A stretch of 43,442 bases of DNA. Source: a virus. Its lineage: Duplodnaviria > Caudoviricetes. Both the position numbers and the translations under genes were made by a program. The stretch lies in the IMG/VR virus record IMGVR_UViG_3300042988_000536, positions 1 through 43,442 of that record. One strand, 5' to 3'. A model generated the notes under the pieces. That model ran no database searches, was not told the DNA's origin, and saw only the letters and a list, made by a program, of their open reading frames with translations. How positions within the stretch are numbered: position 1 is the stretch's first letter; every line of letters starts with the position of its first letter. Of this stretch, positions 17,119 through 25,389 are shown piece after piece.

Positions 17119-19922
17119 ACCCGAAGACTGGTCTCTATTCCAAGGCGGCCGAGATCATCCGGTCCCTGCCGCAGGAGCGCGGCACTGCCGAGCAGATGAT
17201 CGCGGCAGCGAGAAAGATGGGCGTCAAGGACACCGAGCTCCAGAACGCCGGAGTTCTGCCGACCGGGAAGACCACGAGGGAGGAGCTTGCAGCGTTCTTT
17301 GACAGCAAGGTTCCGAAGGTCAGGGTTGACCAGTACGGCGAGAACCCAAGCTACCTGTCGCGAGACGAGAGCCAACGTCGCATCGCCCTGCAGAACCGGG
17401 TCTACAAAAACGACCCCCTATCCGATGAGGAGAAGGGCGACCTGAAGCGGCTGACGTATCGGTCCACATCCAGCCCCAGCGTCATCGAGGATGCTGAATA
17501 TGAGGCTCCGGCCGCGACCCGGTTTGAGAACTACCAGACGCGCGGCGGTGACAATTACCGCGAGCGCCTGCTGAAGTACGAGCGGCCTCCCCACCCGGCG
17601 CTGGCGGTCGACAGGCAGATCAAGTCCCTGATGCGCCAGATCGACTATGAGAGCCCGATCTACGGCAACGACCCGTCTCACCCAAAAATGCAGGAGCACT
17701 ACCAGAAGCTGTCCGACCTGCAGAACCAGATGGACAAGATCGTCGAGCAGCACGGGCCGCCCGCCGGATCGGGTCGCAGGTACCAGTCCTCTCACTGGGA
17801 CGAGCACCCGGATGTCCTCGCCCACATCCGCCTGAAGGATCGCGTTGTTGGACCGGCGAGCAGCTGGGAAAGCGCGAAGGAATGGGTTGTGCCGGTGGTC
17901 CAGAAGATCGCCGAACACATGGGTGCAGCCTCGGCCGAGCTTGGCTCCGGTGCTGCATCGTACGCTGTCAAGAACGGCCTGATCAGCCCAGAAGAGGCCG
18001 CTACGCTCAGCAAGATCAAGGGCTGGCGAAACGAGTACAGCGACAAGCCCGGCCTCGAAAAGCGCCTCCTGCACGTCGAGGAGGTCCAGTCCGACTGGGC
18101 GCAGGAGGGCCGCGACAAGGGGTTCAACACGGGCCAGAAGACACAGGAGTACCGCGACTACATCCAAGGGCTGAAACAGCGGTACCGGCAGAAGCTCAGC
18201 TGGATGGGTGACGACGCCGCTATCGACAAGCGCATGGACGACACCCTTTTGTCGGAAATGGCAATCTCGCTCGGAGAGAACGAGAAGCGACTGGAGCTCT
18301 CCCGCGCGCAGAACAACGAGATGACCGCGCCGCCGACCGGCCCGTACGTCCAGAACACGCAGCACTGGACCGATCTGGCCCTGAAGAACGTCCTGCGCGA
18401 GGCAGCGCTGGGCAACTATGACGGGATCGTCTTCACCCCCGGTCAGGCGCAGGCTGACCGGTATGGCCTGGAGAAGCAGGTGGATAGCATCTCGTACCAC
18501 CCAGCGTCACGCAAGCTCACAGCCTTCAAGGACAACAAGCCAATCATCGCCAAGCCGGACGTCAGCCCGGAGGATGTTCGCGGCCTGATCGGGAAAGACC
18601 TGTCCGAACGCCTTCTGCACCCGGACAACGCCACCGATCTGGGCGGCGGCGACATGTTCCACAGCCTGACAGGTGACGACCTGAAGATGGGCGGCGAGGG
18701 CATGAAGGGCTATTACGACAACATTCTGCCCAAAAGCGTCATGCGACTGGCGCAGCAGCACGATCCCAGCGTCAAGCCGGGCGAGCCCGTCGACATTGGT
18801 GAGGGGTATCAGGGCTTCCACCTGCCGATGACGGACCAACTGAAGCAAAGCATCACCGACAAGGGCTTTCCCGCCTTCAAGCGGGGCGGTCGTGTCGGCT
18901 ATGCACAAGGAGGAACCCCAGATGACCAAAATGCCGGAGCATATCTTGCAGCACCAGCCGCGCAGGGAGCAATTCCAGACGCAGGACGAGTACGAGGAGG
19001 CTCTGGCCTTCTTCAAACACAGGACGAGGCACCTCTTGAAGGTCTCCCAGCGTCCGCCCGCATCCCGCTCACAGGGCAAGTGATCCAAGCTGGTCCTGAC
19101 CCACGCATCCGCGCTGTGGCCCGGTCCTACATGGCCAGCGCAGGCATGCCTTACAATCCGCCGACCAAGTACGCAAAGGTCGATCCGGCGCGGGCAAAGC
19201 GCATTGCTGCAGCCTACGACGAGATGGAGGATAACCCTGAACACCCGCTGACGCGCGCCTCGTATGCCGAAATGATCAAGGAGACGTTGGCGCAATACGA
19301 GGCGGCAAAAGCGGCTGGCTTCAAGGCGGAGTTCTGGCACCCCCGGAAGCAAAAAGACCCGTACGAAGCATCTCCTAGACTTGCTGTAGAAGATGTTCGC
19401 AACAATAACCATATGTGGGTCTATCCTACCTATGCGGGATATGGCAGCGGCGACCCAATCTCGGAAGAAGATGCCCGGCGCAATCCGATGCTGCAGCTGA
19501 CGGGAGAGAATTGGAACGGCATCCCGGTGACCGTTAACGACATATTCCGTGCTGTTCACGACTATTTCGGGCATGCAAAGGAGGGTGTCGGCTTCCGCCA
19601 CGATGGAGAGGAAAACGCATGGCGGTCACACGCCTCCATGTACTCCCCGCTGGCCCGGATGGCCATGACCAGCGAGACCCGTGGCCAAAACAGCTGGCTT
19701 AATTTCGGCCCGCATGGTGAGAAAAACCGCACCGCCCGCACCGAAGACACGGAGTTTGCCCCTCAAAAGGTCGGCATCCTGCCCCACTGGGTCCACCATG
19801 AGGGTGCGGAAGACTTCATGCTGCCAAACGACATTTCCGGCATGCTGGATGCTAGAGCCAAGCACAGTGTCGACATCGACAAAGCGCTGTCTCTTACGCG
19901 CCGCTTCACCGGCGGCTGGTGA
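17115..19922 (+). CDS. Multi-module virion-cargo protein B: EEVQSDW-type module plus HDxxGH zincin-like module
   Basis: GLYS..., SHW...LAHIR, LHVEEVQSDW, GMKGYYD; then FKRGG/YAQGG; then RAVHDYFGH...GEENAW. Confidence 0.8.
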   Translation: MNPKTGLYSKAAEIIRSLPQERGTAEQMIAAARKMGVKDTELQNAGVLPTGKTTREELAAFFDSKVPKVRVDQYGENPSYLSRDESQRRIALQNRVYKNDPLSDEEKGDLKRLTYRSTSSPSVIEDAEYEAPAATRFENYQTRGGDNYRERLLKYERPPHPALAVDRQIKSLMRQIDYESPIYGNDPSHPKMQEHYQKLSDLQNQMDKIVEQHGPPAGSGRRYQSSHWDEHPDVLAHIRLKDRVVGPASSWESAKEWVVPVVQKIAEHMGAASAELGSGAASYAVKNGLISPEEAATLSKIKGWRNEYSDKPGLEKRLLHVEEVQSDWAQEGRDKGFNTGQKTQEYRDYIQGLKQRYRQKLSWMGDDAAIDKRMDDTLLSEMAISLGENEKRLELSRAQNNEMTAPPTGPYVQNTQHWTDLALKNVLREAALGNYDGIVFTPGQAQADRYGLEKQVDSISYHPASRKLTAFKDNKPIIAKPDVSPEDVRGLIGKDLSERLLHPDNATDLGGGDMFHSLTGDDLKMGGEGMKGYYDNILPKSVMRLAQQHDPSVKPGEPVDIGEGYQGFHLPMTDQLKQSITDKGFPAFKRGGRVGYAQGGTPDDQNAGAYLAAPAAQGAIPDAGRVRGGSGLLQTQDEAPLEGLPASARIPLTGQVIQAGPDPRIRAVARSYMASAGMPYNPPTKYAKVDPARAKRIAAAYDEMEDNPEHPLTRASYAEMIKETLAQYEAAKAAGFKAEFWHPRKQKDPYEASPRLAVEDVRNNNHMWVYPTYAGYGSGDPISEEDARRNPMLQLTGENWNGIPVTVNDIFRAVHDYFGHAKEGVGFRHDGEENAWRSHASMYSPLARMAMTSETRGQNSWLNFGPHGEKNRTARTEDTEFAPQKVGILPHWVHHEGAEDFMLPNDISGMLDARAKHSVDIDKALSLTRRFTGGW
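18922..19083 (+). CDS. Nested out-of-frame 53-aa protein inside cargo protein B
   Basis: AAGGAGG at 18907-18913, 8 nt before ATG; +1 frame; helical-looking PRREQFQTQDEYEEALAFFKHR while the host frame reads as linker. Confidence 0.55.
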   Translation: MTKMPEHILQHQPRREQFQTQDEYEEALAFFKHRTRHLLKVSQRPPASRSQGK

Positions 19923-19961
19923 CCTGATATGCTCCGCCGCACCGAGTGAAAGGGGATAGGC

Positions 19962-22673
19962 ATGGCCGACACCGTCAAGAAGGCTCTCGATCTGGTTTCG
20001 GGATACCAAGACCCGGCCCACCCGAAGATGAAGGGGTGGGACTGGCGTCCCCTCGATCAGGTGCGGGATGACCTCGGCGGCCTTCCGGAAATCCCCAGTC
20101 ACGTCGAAAAGTTCGGCTCGTTCATGGATGAGACCGCGCGCCGGGCTGCAACCACCGGCCTGACGCCGCGCGACCTGATCAAGGCATATGTGATCACGCG
20201 CGCGTCCATTCAGCGCCGGGCGCAGACCGCCGACAGGGTGCGATCCGCTGGACTGCAGCTTCCTCCGGGCGCGCAGGGCATGATCCGGCCGGAAGGCGCG
20301 ATGGGAGAGTGGCTCCACAGCCCGATGGGGCAGCGATACCTCGATCAGGCGGAGCGCGGGAAGGTCGACGAGGAGGCTGTGGCGCACGCGCAGAGCGTGA
20401 TGAAGCCGTTCGGCCTGAACGCAGAGACCGACGCGCTGCCGTGGGCGGTCATGCACCTCGGCCCGCGACACAAAGAGGTCTCCGACATGGTCGGAAGAGC
20501 CCTGACCGGACGCTCCAGCCCGGAAGAGTGGCGAAATTTTGCGAAAGACCTGCGCGGGATCGGCACCGCGAAGGCCGGTTTTGTCGCATCCATGCTCGGC
20601 CGGGGCGATCAGCCCACTCTGGACGCCCGTCAGGTGATCCTTCAGACTGGAAGGCCGACCGCAGACGCCAAAAGTCCGATGAAAAGGGCCGGTTTTGCCG
20701 CCGTGGACCGTCTTGCGGCCCGTCAGGCGGCCCTGAACCCCAAAATGGACCCCGATCTGGAGCCCTTCCGGCAGCACCTGACCCACCACGCGATCTGGGA
20801 CAAGGCCGGGGACGAGGTTACGACCCATGACGACGTGGTCAGTGCCATGCGGCATGCCAAGGACGGCGGCCGGATCGGCTATGCGGACGGCGGATCGGTC
20901 GGCGAGCACCCTCTGGCCCGTCTTCTCTCACAGTTGGGCCTGCCGAACGCCGACATCGAGCATCCTGAGGTGCAGAAGGCGGTGGAGCGCATCAACTCTC
21001 CCCTTTCCGACGACCCTGAGAGGGTCCAGAAGGCGCTGAAGATCGCTTCGTCCCTCAAGACCAAGGTCGCGGGCGAGACCGGAACCGGAAGCTACTACAA
21101 CGTGAAGCAGCCTGTGGCCCCGGTCGACGTGAAATCCCAAATTGAGGACATCCCCGGCGTCAAGCCGCTTGAGCGCAACCCGATGGACTGGGAGCAGGTC
21201 TACCAGAAGATCAAGGGTGGCACCTTGATCAACGTCGGCGGGGACCGGTCCAACCTTGGACGCTTGACCCACGTCAATGGGAAGAAGCTGAACTGGCCGG
21301 TCGACCTGCACGCTGGTCCCAAGTACATGCTGGAGCCGAACCCCGGCGCGGTATGGGCGAACAGCGCGGCGCACACGACAGCCTTCAACAAGAAGATCAA
21401 GGAAGCCGCCAAGAAAGGCCCGGTCTACGGCATCTACAGCCCCATGGGGCCGCAGGCCGTGGATAGCTCGCACAACATGTTCGACGCGGTCATGGCACAG
21501 ATCGACAAGGGGTCAATCTCGAAAGAGGATGCCCGCGACTTCGATGACGCCCTGCGCACCGGCCTGCACATGGAGAAGAAGGATCGCGCGAACGGCGCGG
21601 TCGCCATGGAGAAGTGGCCGGGCATCCTGAACCCAAAGGAGGCTTCCGAGTTCGCCAAGAGCCTGCCGGGCAAGCACCGCGCGGGCGTCGTCAACATGAT
21701 GGACAAGAGCTACTGGCGCGACCGTGGTTTCCCGCATGTCGGCATGACCCGCGTGGCGATCACCGATCCGGACGTCCGAGATGTTCCGGGCAACATGCTG
21801 GGTCACCGCATCGTTGAGTTCGACCCTGACGCACACCGGGCAGAGGAGAGAGCATTCAGGCACTCCACCTACACCGACGCCTCCGCCGGAAAGTACGTTG
21901 CTGACGTGCCTCTCCTGCAGCGTCAGTACGTCATGCCTGACGTGACGGCGAGGCTGCTGCAGAAGCCCACGAAGGCCAGAGAGGTCGTTCACCCCTATTC
22001 CGAGGACGCCCTCGGCCGGTCAACTGCGCGCAAGATGTTCGAGGAGCAAAAGCAGGCACAGCCGGTCGACGAGCGCTGGATCGAGAGCGTCGGTCGCGGC
22101 GCTGAGCGCCAGAAGCGCTATGGCTTCATGGATGGCGGCGCGGTCGTCGCGCAACCCACCGATGCCCAGAAGAAGGCTGGCAACTACCGCAAGCACCATG
22201 TGAGCTTTCAGGGTCTCCCGGTGACCATCGAGACCGCGAAGGGGCAGACCCGATCTGGCGTGGACGACAAGGGCCAGAAATGGTCGGTCAGGCTGCCGTA
22301 CGACTATGGCTACATCAAGCGCACAGAGGGCGCGGACGGAGACCACGTCGACGTCTGCATCGGGCCGGATCACGAGAGCGACCACGTCTTCATCATCGAC
22401 CAGCACGATCATCGTACGGGACAGTTCGACGAGCACAAAGTCATGCTGGGATACCGCACCCGCGAGGATGCCACCCGCGCCTATCAGTCCGGCTTCTCGG
22501 ACGGCAAAGGTCCGGATCGGCAGCGCGCGGTGGCCCGCATGTCGATGAAGGAGTTCAAGCACTGGTTGAAGACGTGTGACACCACGAAGCCCGTACGCGG
22601 GCAGGGTCACATCGACCGTGCAATGGCCCTGACTTCGCGCTATAGTGCCAACCACGACCGGGACGCCGGGTAA
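19962..22673 (+). CDS. Multi-module virion-cargo protein C: HhH glycosylase-like, unknown, inorganic pyrophosphatase-like
   Basis: LRGIGTAKAGF...PTLDARQV (HhH plus Asp); PTDAQKKAGNYRK...YGYIKRTEGADGDHVDV...FDEHKVMLG (polyvalent-protein InPase). Confidence 0.8.
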   Translation: MADTVKKALDLVSGYQDPAHPKMKGWDWRPLDQVRDDLGGLPEIPSHVEKFGSFMDETARRAATTGLTPRDLIKAYVITRASIQRRAQTADRVRSAGLQLPPGAQGMIRPEGAMGEWLHSPMGQRYLDQAERGKVDEEAVAHAQSVMKPFGLNAETDALPWAVMHLGPRHKEVSDMVGRALTGRSSPEEWRNFAKDLRGIGTAKAGFVASMLGRGDQPTLDARQVILQTGRPTADAKSPMKRAGFAAVDRLAARQAALNPKMDPDLEPFRQHLTHHAIWDKAGDEVTTHDDVVSAMRHAKDGGRIGYADGGSVGEHPLARLLSQLGLPNADIEHPEVQKAVERINSPLSDDPERVQKALKIASSLKTKVAGETGTGSYYNVKQPVAPVDVKSQIEDIPGVKPLERNPMDWEQVYQKIKGGTLINVGGDRSNLGRLTHVNGKKLNWPVDLHAGPKYMLEPNPGAVWANSAAHTTAFNKKIKEAAKKGPVYGIYSPMGPQAVDSSHNMFDAVMAQIDKGSISKEDARDFDDALRTGLHMEKKDRANGAVAMEKWPGILNPKEASEFAKSLPGKHRAGVVNMMDKSYWRDRGFPHVGMTRVAITDPDVRDVPGNMLGHRIVEFDPDAHRAEERAFRHSTYTDASAGKYVADVPLLQRQYVMPDVTARLLQKPTKAREVVHPYSEDALGRSTARKMFEEQKQAQPVDERWIESVGRGAERQKRYGFMDGGAVVAQPTDAQKKAGNYRKHHVSFQGLPVTIETAKGQTRSGVDDKGQKWSVRLPYDYGYIKRTEGADGDHVDVCIGPDHESDHVFIIDQHDHRTGQFDEHKVMLGYRTREDATRAYQSGFSDGKGPDRQRAVARMSMKEFKHWLKTCDTTKPVRGQGHIDRAMALTSRYSANHDRDAG

Positions 22674-22691
22674 CCCTCCGAGGAGATCGAA

Positions 22692-23810
22692 ATGGACGCC
22701 AAAAGCCTGCGCGAGGCCATGAAGAGCAAGGCAAAGCGCCTTGCTGGTGCCTCGTCCGAGAAAGTCGACAGCTCTGACTTCACCCCCGCCGAGAGCTTGA
22801 ACACCGAGGTCAAGACCGGCATGCGCCCGATCTCGCGCCGGGCATTCAAGACTGGCGGCAAGGTCGAGGGCGAGGACAATGCGCCGCGCGCCGACCGCAA
22901 GCCCCGCATGAATGGCGGCAAGATCGGGCTGGCCAACACGGACCAGAAGGCGGCGAACGAAGAGCGCGACGGAAAGAAGCACGTCGGCGGCTTCAAAAAG
23001 GGCGGCGTCCCCCACAAGGCTGCTGGCGGCATGACCTCGTCTCCGCGCCCGATGAAGCGCCCGGACGATCTGATGGCGCAGGAAAAGCTGGACAGCGCCG
23101 CGCGCACCACCGAGAGCCCGTCGTCTCAGGTCCGCAGGCCGCTTTCCCGGCCCTCCGATGAGGAGATGAAGGCCCAGCAGATGCTGAACAGCGCGGCGCG
23201 CTCCGGCGATGGTTACAAGAAGGGTGGCCGCACCGCCAAGAAGGTCGGTGGCGCGACCGGCGGCTCCGACAGCGCGCCCGTCTCCACCGCCGGAAACGAC
23301 ACGGGCGGCCGCGAGGCCAAGAAGCGTGGCGGCGAGGTCGAGAAGCACGAGAAGGGCTGCGTCTGCAAGGCATGCGGCGGCGGCGTCAGTGACCGCATGG
23401 CGCGCAAGAGCGGTGGCCGCACCGGGAAGGGCAAGACCAACATCAACATCATCATCTCGCCCCACCACGATGGCGACATGGGCAACATGGGCAAGATGGG
23501 CGGCGGCCAGCCGCCGGCACCGCCCGCGATGATGCCGAAGCCCCCGATGCCTGCGCCCGCCGCGCCTGCACCGATGCCGCACCCCGGTGCGCTACCGCCC
23601 GGCCTCGGCGCGGCACTGGCTGGCGCGGCCGGGGCTCCGATGCCCGGACCCGGCCCGATGCCTCCGCATCCCGGCGGCGCGCCCATGCCCCCCATGCCCA
23701 TGGCGCGCAAGAGCGGCGGCAAGGTCTACCCGAAGATGCATTTTGGTGCGGGATCGGGTGAAGGACGCCTTGAAAAGAAAGAGAAGTACGGCAAGAATGC
23801 AGAGGCCTGA
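22692..23810 (+). CDS. Basic, low-complexity protein with about 10 xKxGG motifs (putative internal head protein)
   Basis: FKTGG, RMNGG, FKKGG, KAAGG, YKKGG, KKVGG, KKRGG, KACGG, RKSGG x2; Pro/Met-rich tail; GAGGAG RBS. Confidence 0.75.
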   Translation: MDAKSLREAMKSKAKRLAGASSEKVDSSDFTPAESLNTEVKTGMRPISRRAFKTGGKVEGEDNAPRADRKPRMNGGKIGLANTDQKAANEERDGKKHVGGFKKGGVPHKAAGGMTSSPRPMKRPDDLMAQEKLDSAARTTESPSSQVRRPLSRPSDEEMKAQQMLNSAARSGDGYKKGGRTAKKVGGATGGSDSAPVSTAGNDTGGREAKKRGGEVEKHEKGCVCKACGGGVSDRMARKSGGRTGKGKTNINIIISPHHDGDMGNMGKMGGGQPPAPPAMMPKPPMPAPAAPAPMPHPGALPPGLGAALAGAAGAPMPGPGPMPPHPGGAPMPPMPMARKSGGKVYPKMHFGAGSGEGRLEKKEKYGKNAEA

Positions 23811-23870
23811 CGTACCTCCCTCGTAATCAGGCAAGCGGCCCCCGGAAACCCTCCCTCATCCGGGGGCCGC
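23805..23870 (+). ncRNA. Tandem hairpins with CCUCCCU loops (cuckoo-sRNA-like)
   Basis: GCCTGA..TCAGGC stem with TACCTCCCT loop; 12-bp GCGGCCCCCGGA/TCCGGGGGCCGC stem with AACCCTCCCTCA loop. Confidence 0.45.
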
Positions 23871-23904
23871 ACCCAAAGATGATGATGATCGATCAGGATG
23901 ACAC

Positions 23905-24105
23905 ATGTTCACAACGAACGACGCCTTTCGCGTTGAGCTCACGAAGCTCATCAACGAGAGGAGAAAAACTCTCATCGAAAATGTTGTCTCCGGACTTGCG
24001 ATCCAGTCCCACGATCAATACCGTGAGCACGTCGGCCGCATTTCAGCCCTGAACGAGGTTCTTGAGCTCATGGATGAGGCCGAAACCAACATGATGAAGA
24101 GGTGA
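23905..24105 (+). CDS. Hypothetical head-region protein
   Basis: AGGA RBS; YREHVGRISAL. Confidence 0.75.
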   Translation: MFTTNDAFRVELTKLINERRKTLIENVVSGLAIQSHDQYREHVGRISALNEVLELMDEAETNMMKR

Positions 24106-24112
24106 TGAAGCT

Positions 24113-24502
24113 ATGCCACACATGATGATGTCGCACGAGGAAGACCCCCGGAAGAAGCTGCTTGACGAGTTGGGGGACATCACCGGCGTTGAGCTCTTCC
24201 ACAATCAGGTGCTGCTGGCGGTCTACATCCGCCCCCAGAAGACGCGTTCCGGCCTCTACCTGACCGACAAGCACACCGACGAGGACCGCTTCCAGTCCAA
24301 GGTCGGCCTGATGGTCGCCAAGGGTCCGCAGGCTTTCGAGCAGGACGGCAACTGGTTTGACGGCCTGTCCTTCAAAGAGGGCGACTGGCTGGTCTTCCGC
24401 CCGTCGGACGGCTGGTCCATCACCGTCAACGGCGTGCTGTGCCGCATTTTCGACGACATCAACATCAAGGGTCGGGTGCCTCATCCCGACGCAGTCTGGT
24501 GA
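24113..24502 (+). CDS. GroES-like co-chaperonin
   Basis: NQVLL...KTRSGLYL...GLMVAKGPQAF...FKEGDWLVF...RIFDD. Confidence 0.8.
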   Translation: MPHMMMSHEEDPRKKLLDELGDITGVELFHNQVLLAVYIRPQKTRSGLYLTDKHTDEDRFQSKVGLMVAKGPQAFEQDGNWFDGLSFKEGDWLVFRPSDGWSITVNGVLCRIFDDINIKGRVPHPDAVW

Positions 24503-24513
24503 GGAGCGCAGAC

Positions 24514-25389
24514 ATGAGCGACGAAAACGACATCGAAGACAAGGAAAGCGAAATCATCGTCGAGGTCGACGGTGAGGAAGCCTCCGCAGGCGGTGCCGGC
24601 GAGCCGCGCGTCCCGTCGGTCGACGAGGCGATGAAGGAACTGAAGGTCCAGCTGGATCAAGAGCGCGCGCGCCGCGAGGAGCTTGAGCGGCAGAACCGGG
24701 AGCTTGCCCAGCGCGAGCACATCGCTCGATCCGAAAAGGACGACAGCGACATCCAGCTGGTCTCGAATGCCATCGACACCCTGTCCCGCGAGACCGAAAT
24801 CCTGAAGGCTGGCTATGCGCAGGCCATGCAGTCCGGCGACTTCCGCCGCGCCGCAGAAATTCAGGAGGAGATGGGCGGCAACGCGGCCAAGCTCCTGCAG
24901 CTGACCAACGGGCTTGAGGCCATGAAGGCCAAGCCCAAGACGCCCCCGCCGCAGCCGGTTCCCTCCGACCCGGTCGAGGCCTTTGCGCGCACCCTCTCGC
25001 CCCGATCCGCCGAGTGGGTTCGCGCCCATCCGGAGTTTGTTCGGGATGCGAACAAGAACCGCAAGATGATCGCCGCGCACGAACTGGCGGTCGCCGACGG
25101 CCATGCCCCCGACACCGACAGCTACTTCGCTGCGGTCGAGGAGACCCTGAAGATCAAGGCGCAACCCAAGGCCGCAGTCGCCGAAGAGGACGCGACCGGG
25201 GGCGCGGCGAAGGTCGTCCAGCGGAGGGATGCAGCACCTGCGGCCGCGCCCGTCAGCCGTGGGCAGCCGTCGCGGAACGTCGTGCGCCTGACGGCAGCAG
25301 AGCGCGAGATGGCTGAGATGATGAACATGAAACCCGAAGAGTACGCCAAGCACAAGGTGGCGCTCCAGAAGGAAGGGAAACTGCAATGA
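24514..25389 (+). CDS. Putative scaffolding protein
   Basis: Acidic N-terminus, coiled coil, C-terminal VRLTAAEREMAEMMNMKPEEYAK; position before capsid genes. Confidence 0.65.
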   Translation: MSDENDIEDKESEIIVEVDGEEASAGGAGEPRVPSVDEAMKELKVQLDQERARREELERQNRELAQREHIARSEKDDSDIQLVSNAIDTLSRETEILKAGYAQAMQSGDFRRAAEIQEEMGGNAAKLLQLTNGLEAMKAKPKTPPPQPVPSDPVEAFARTLSPRSAEWVRAHPEFVRDANKNRKMIAAHELAVADGHAPDTDSYFAAVEETLKIKAQPKAAVAEEDATGGAAKVVQRRDAAPAAAPVSRGQPSRNVVRLTAAEREMAEMMNMKPEEYAKHKVALQKEGKLQ

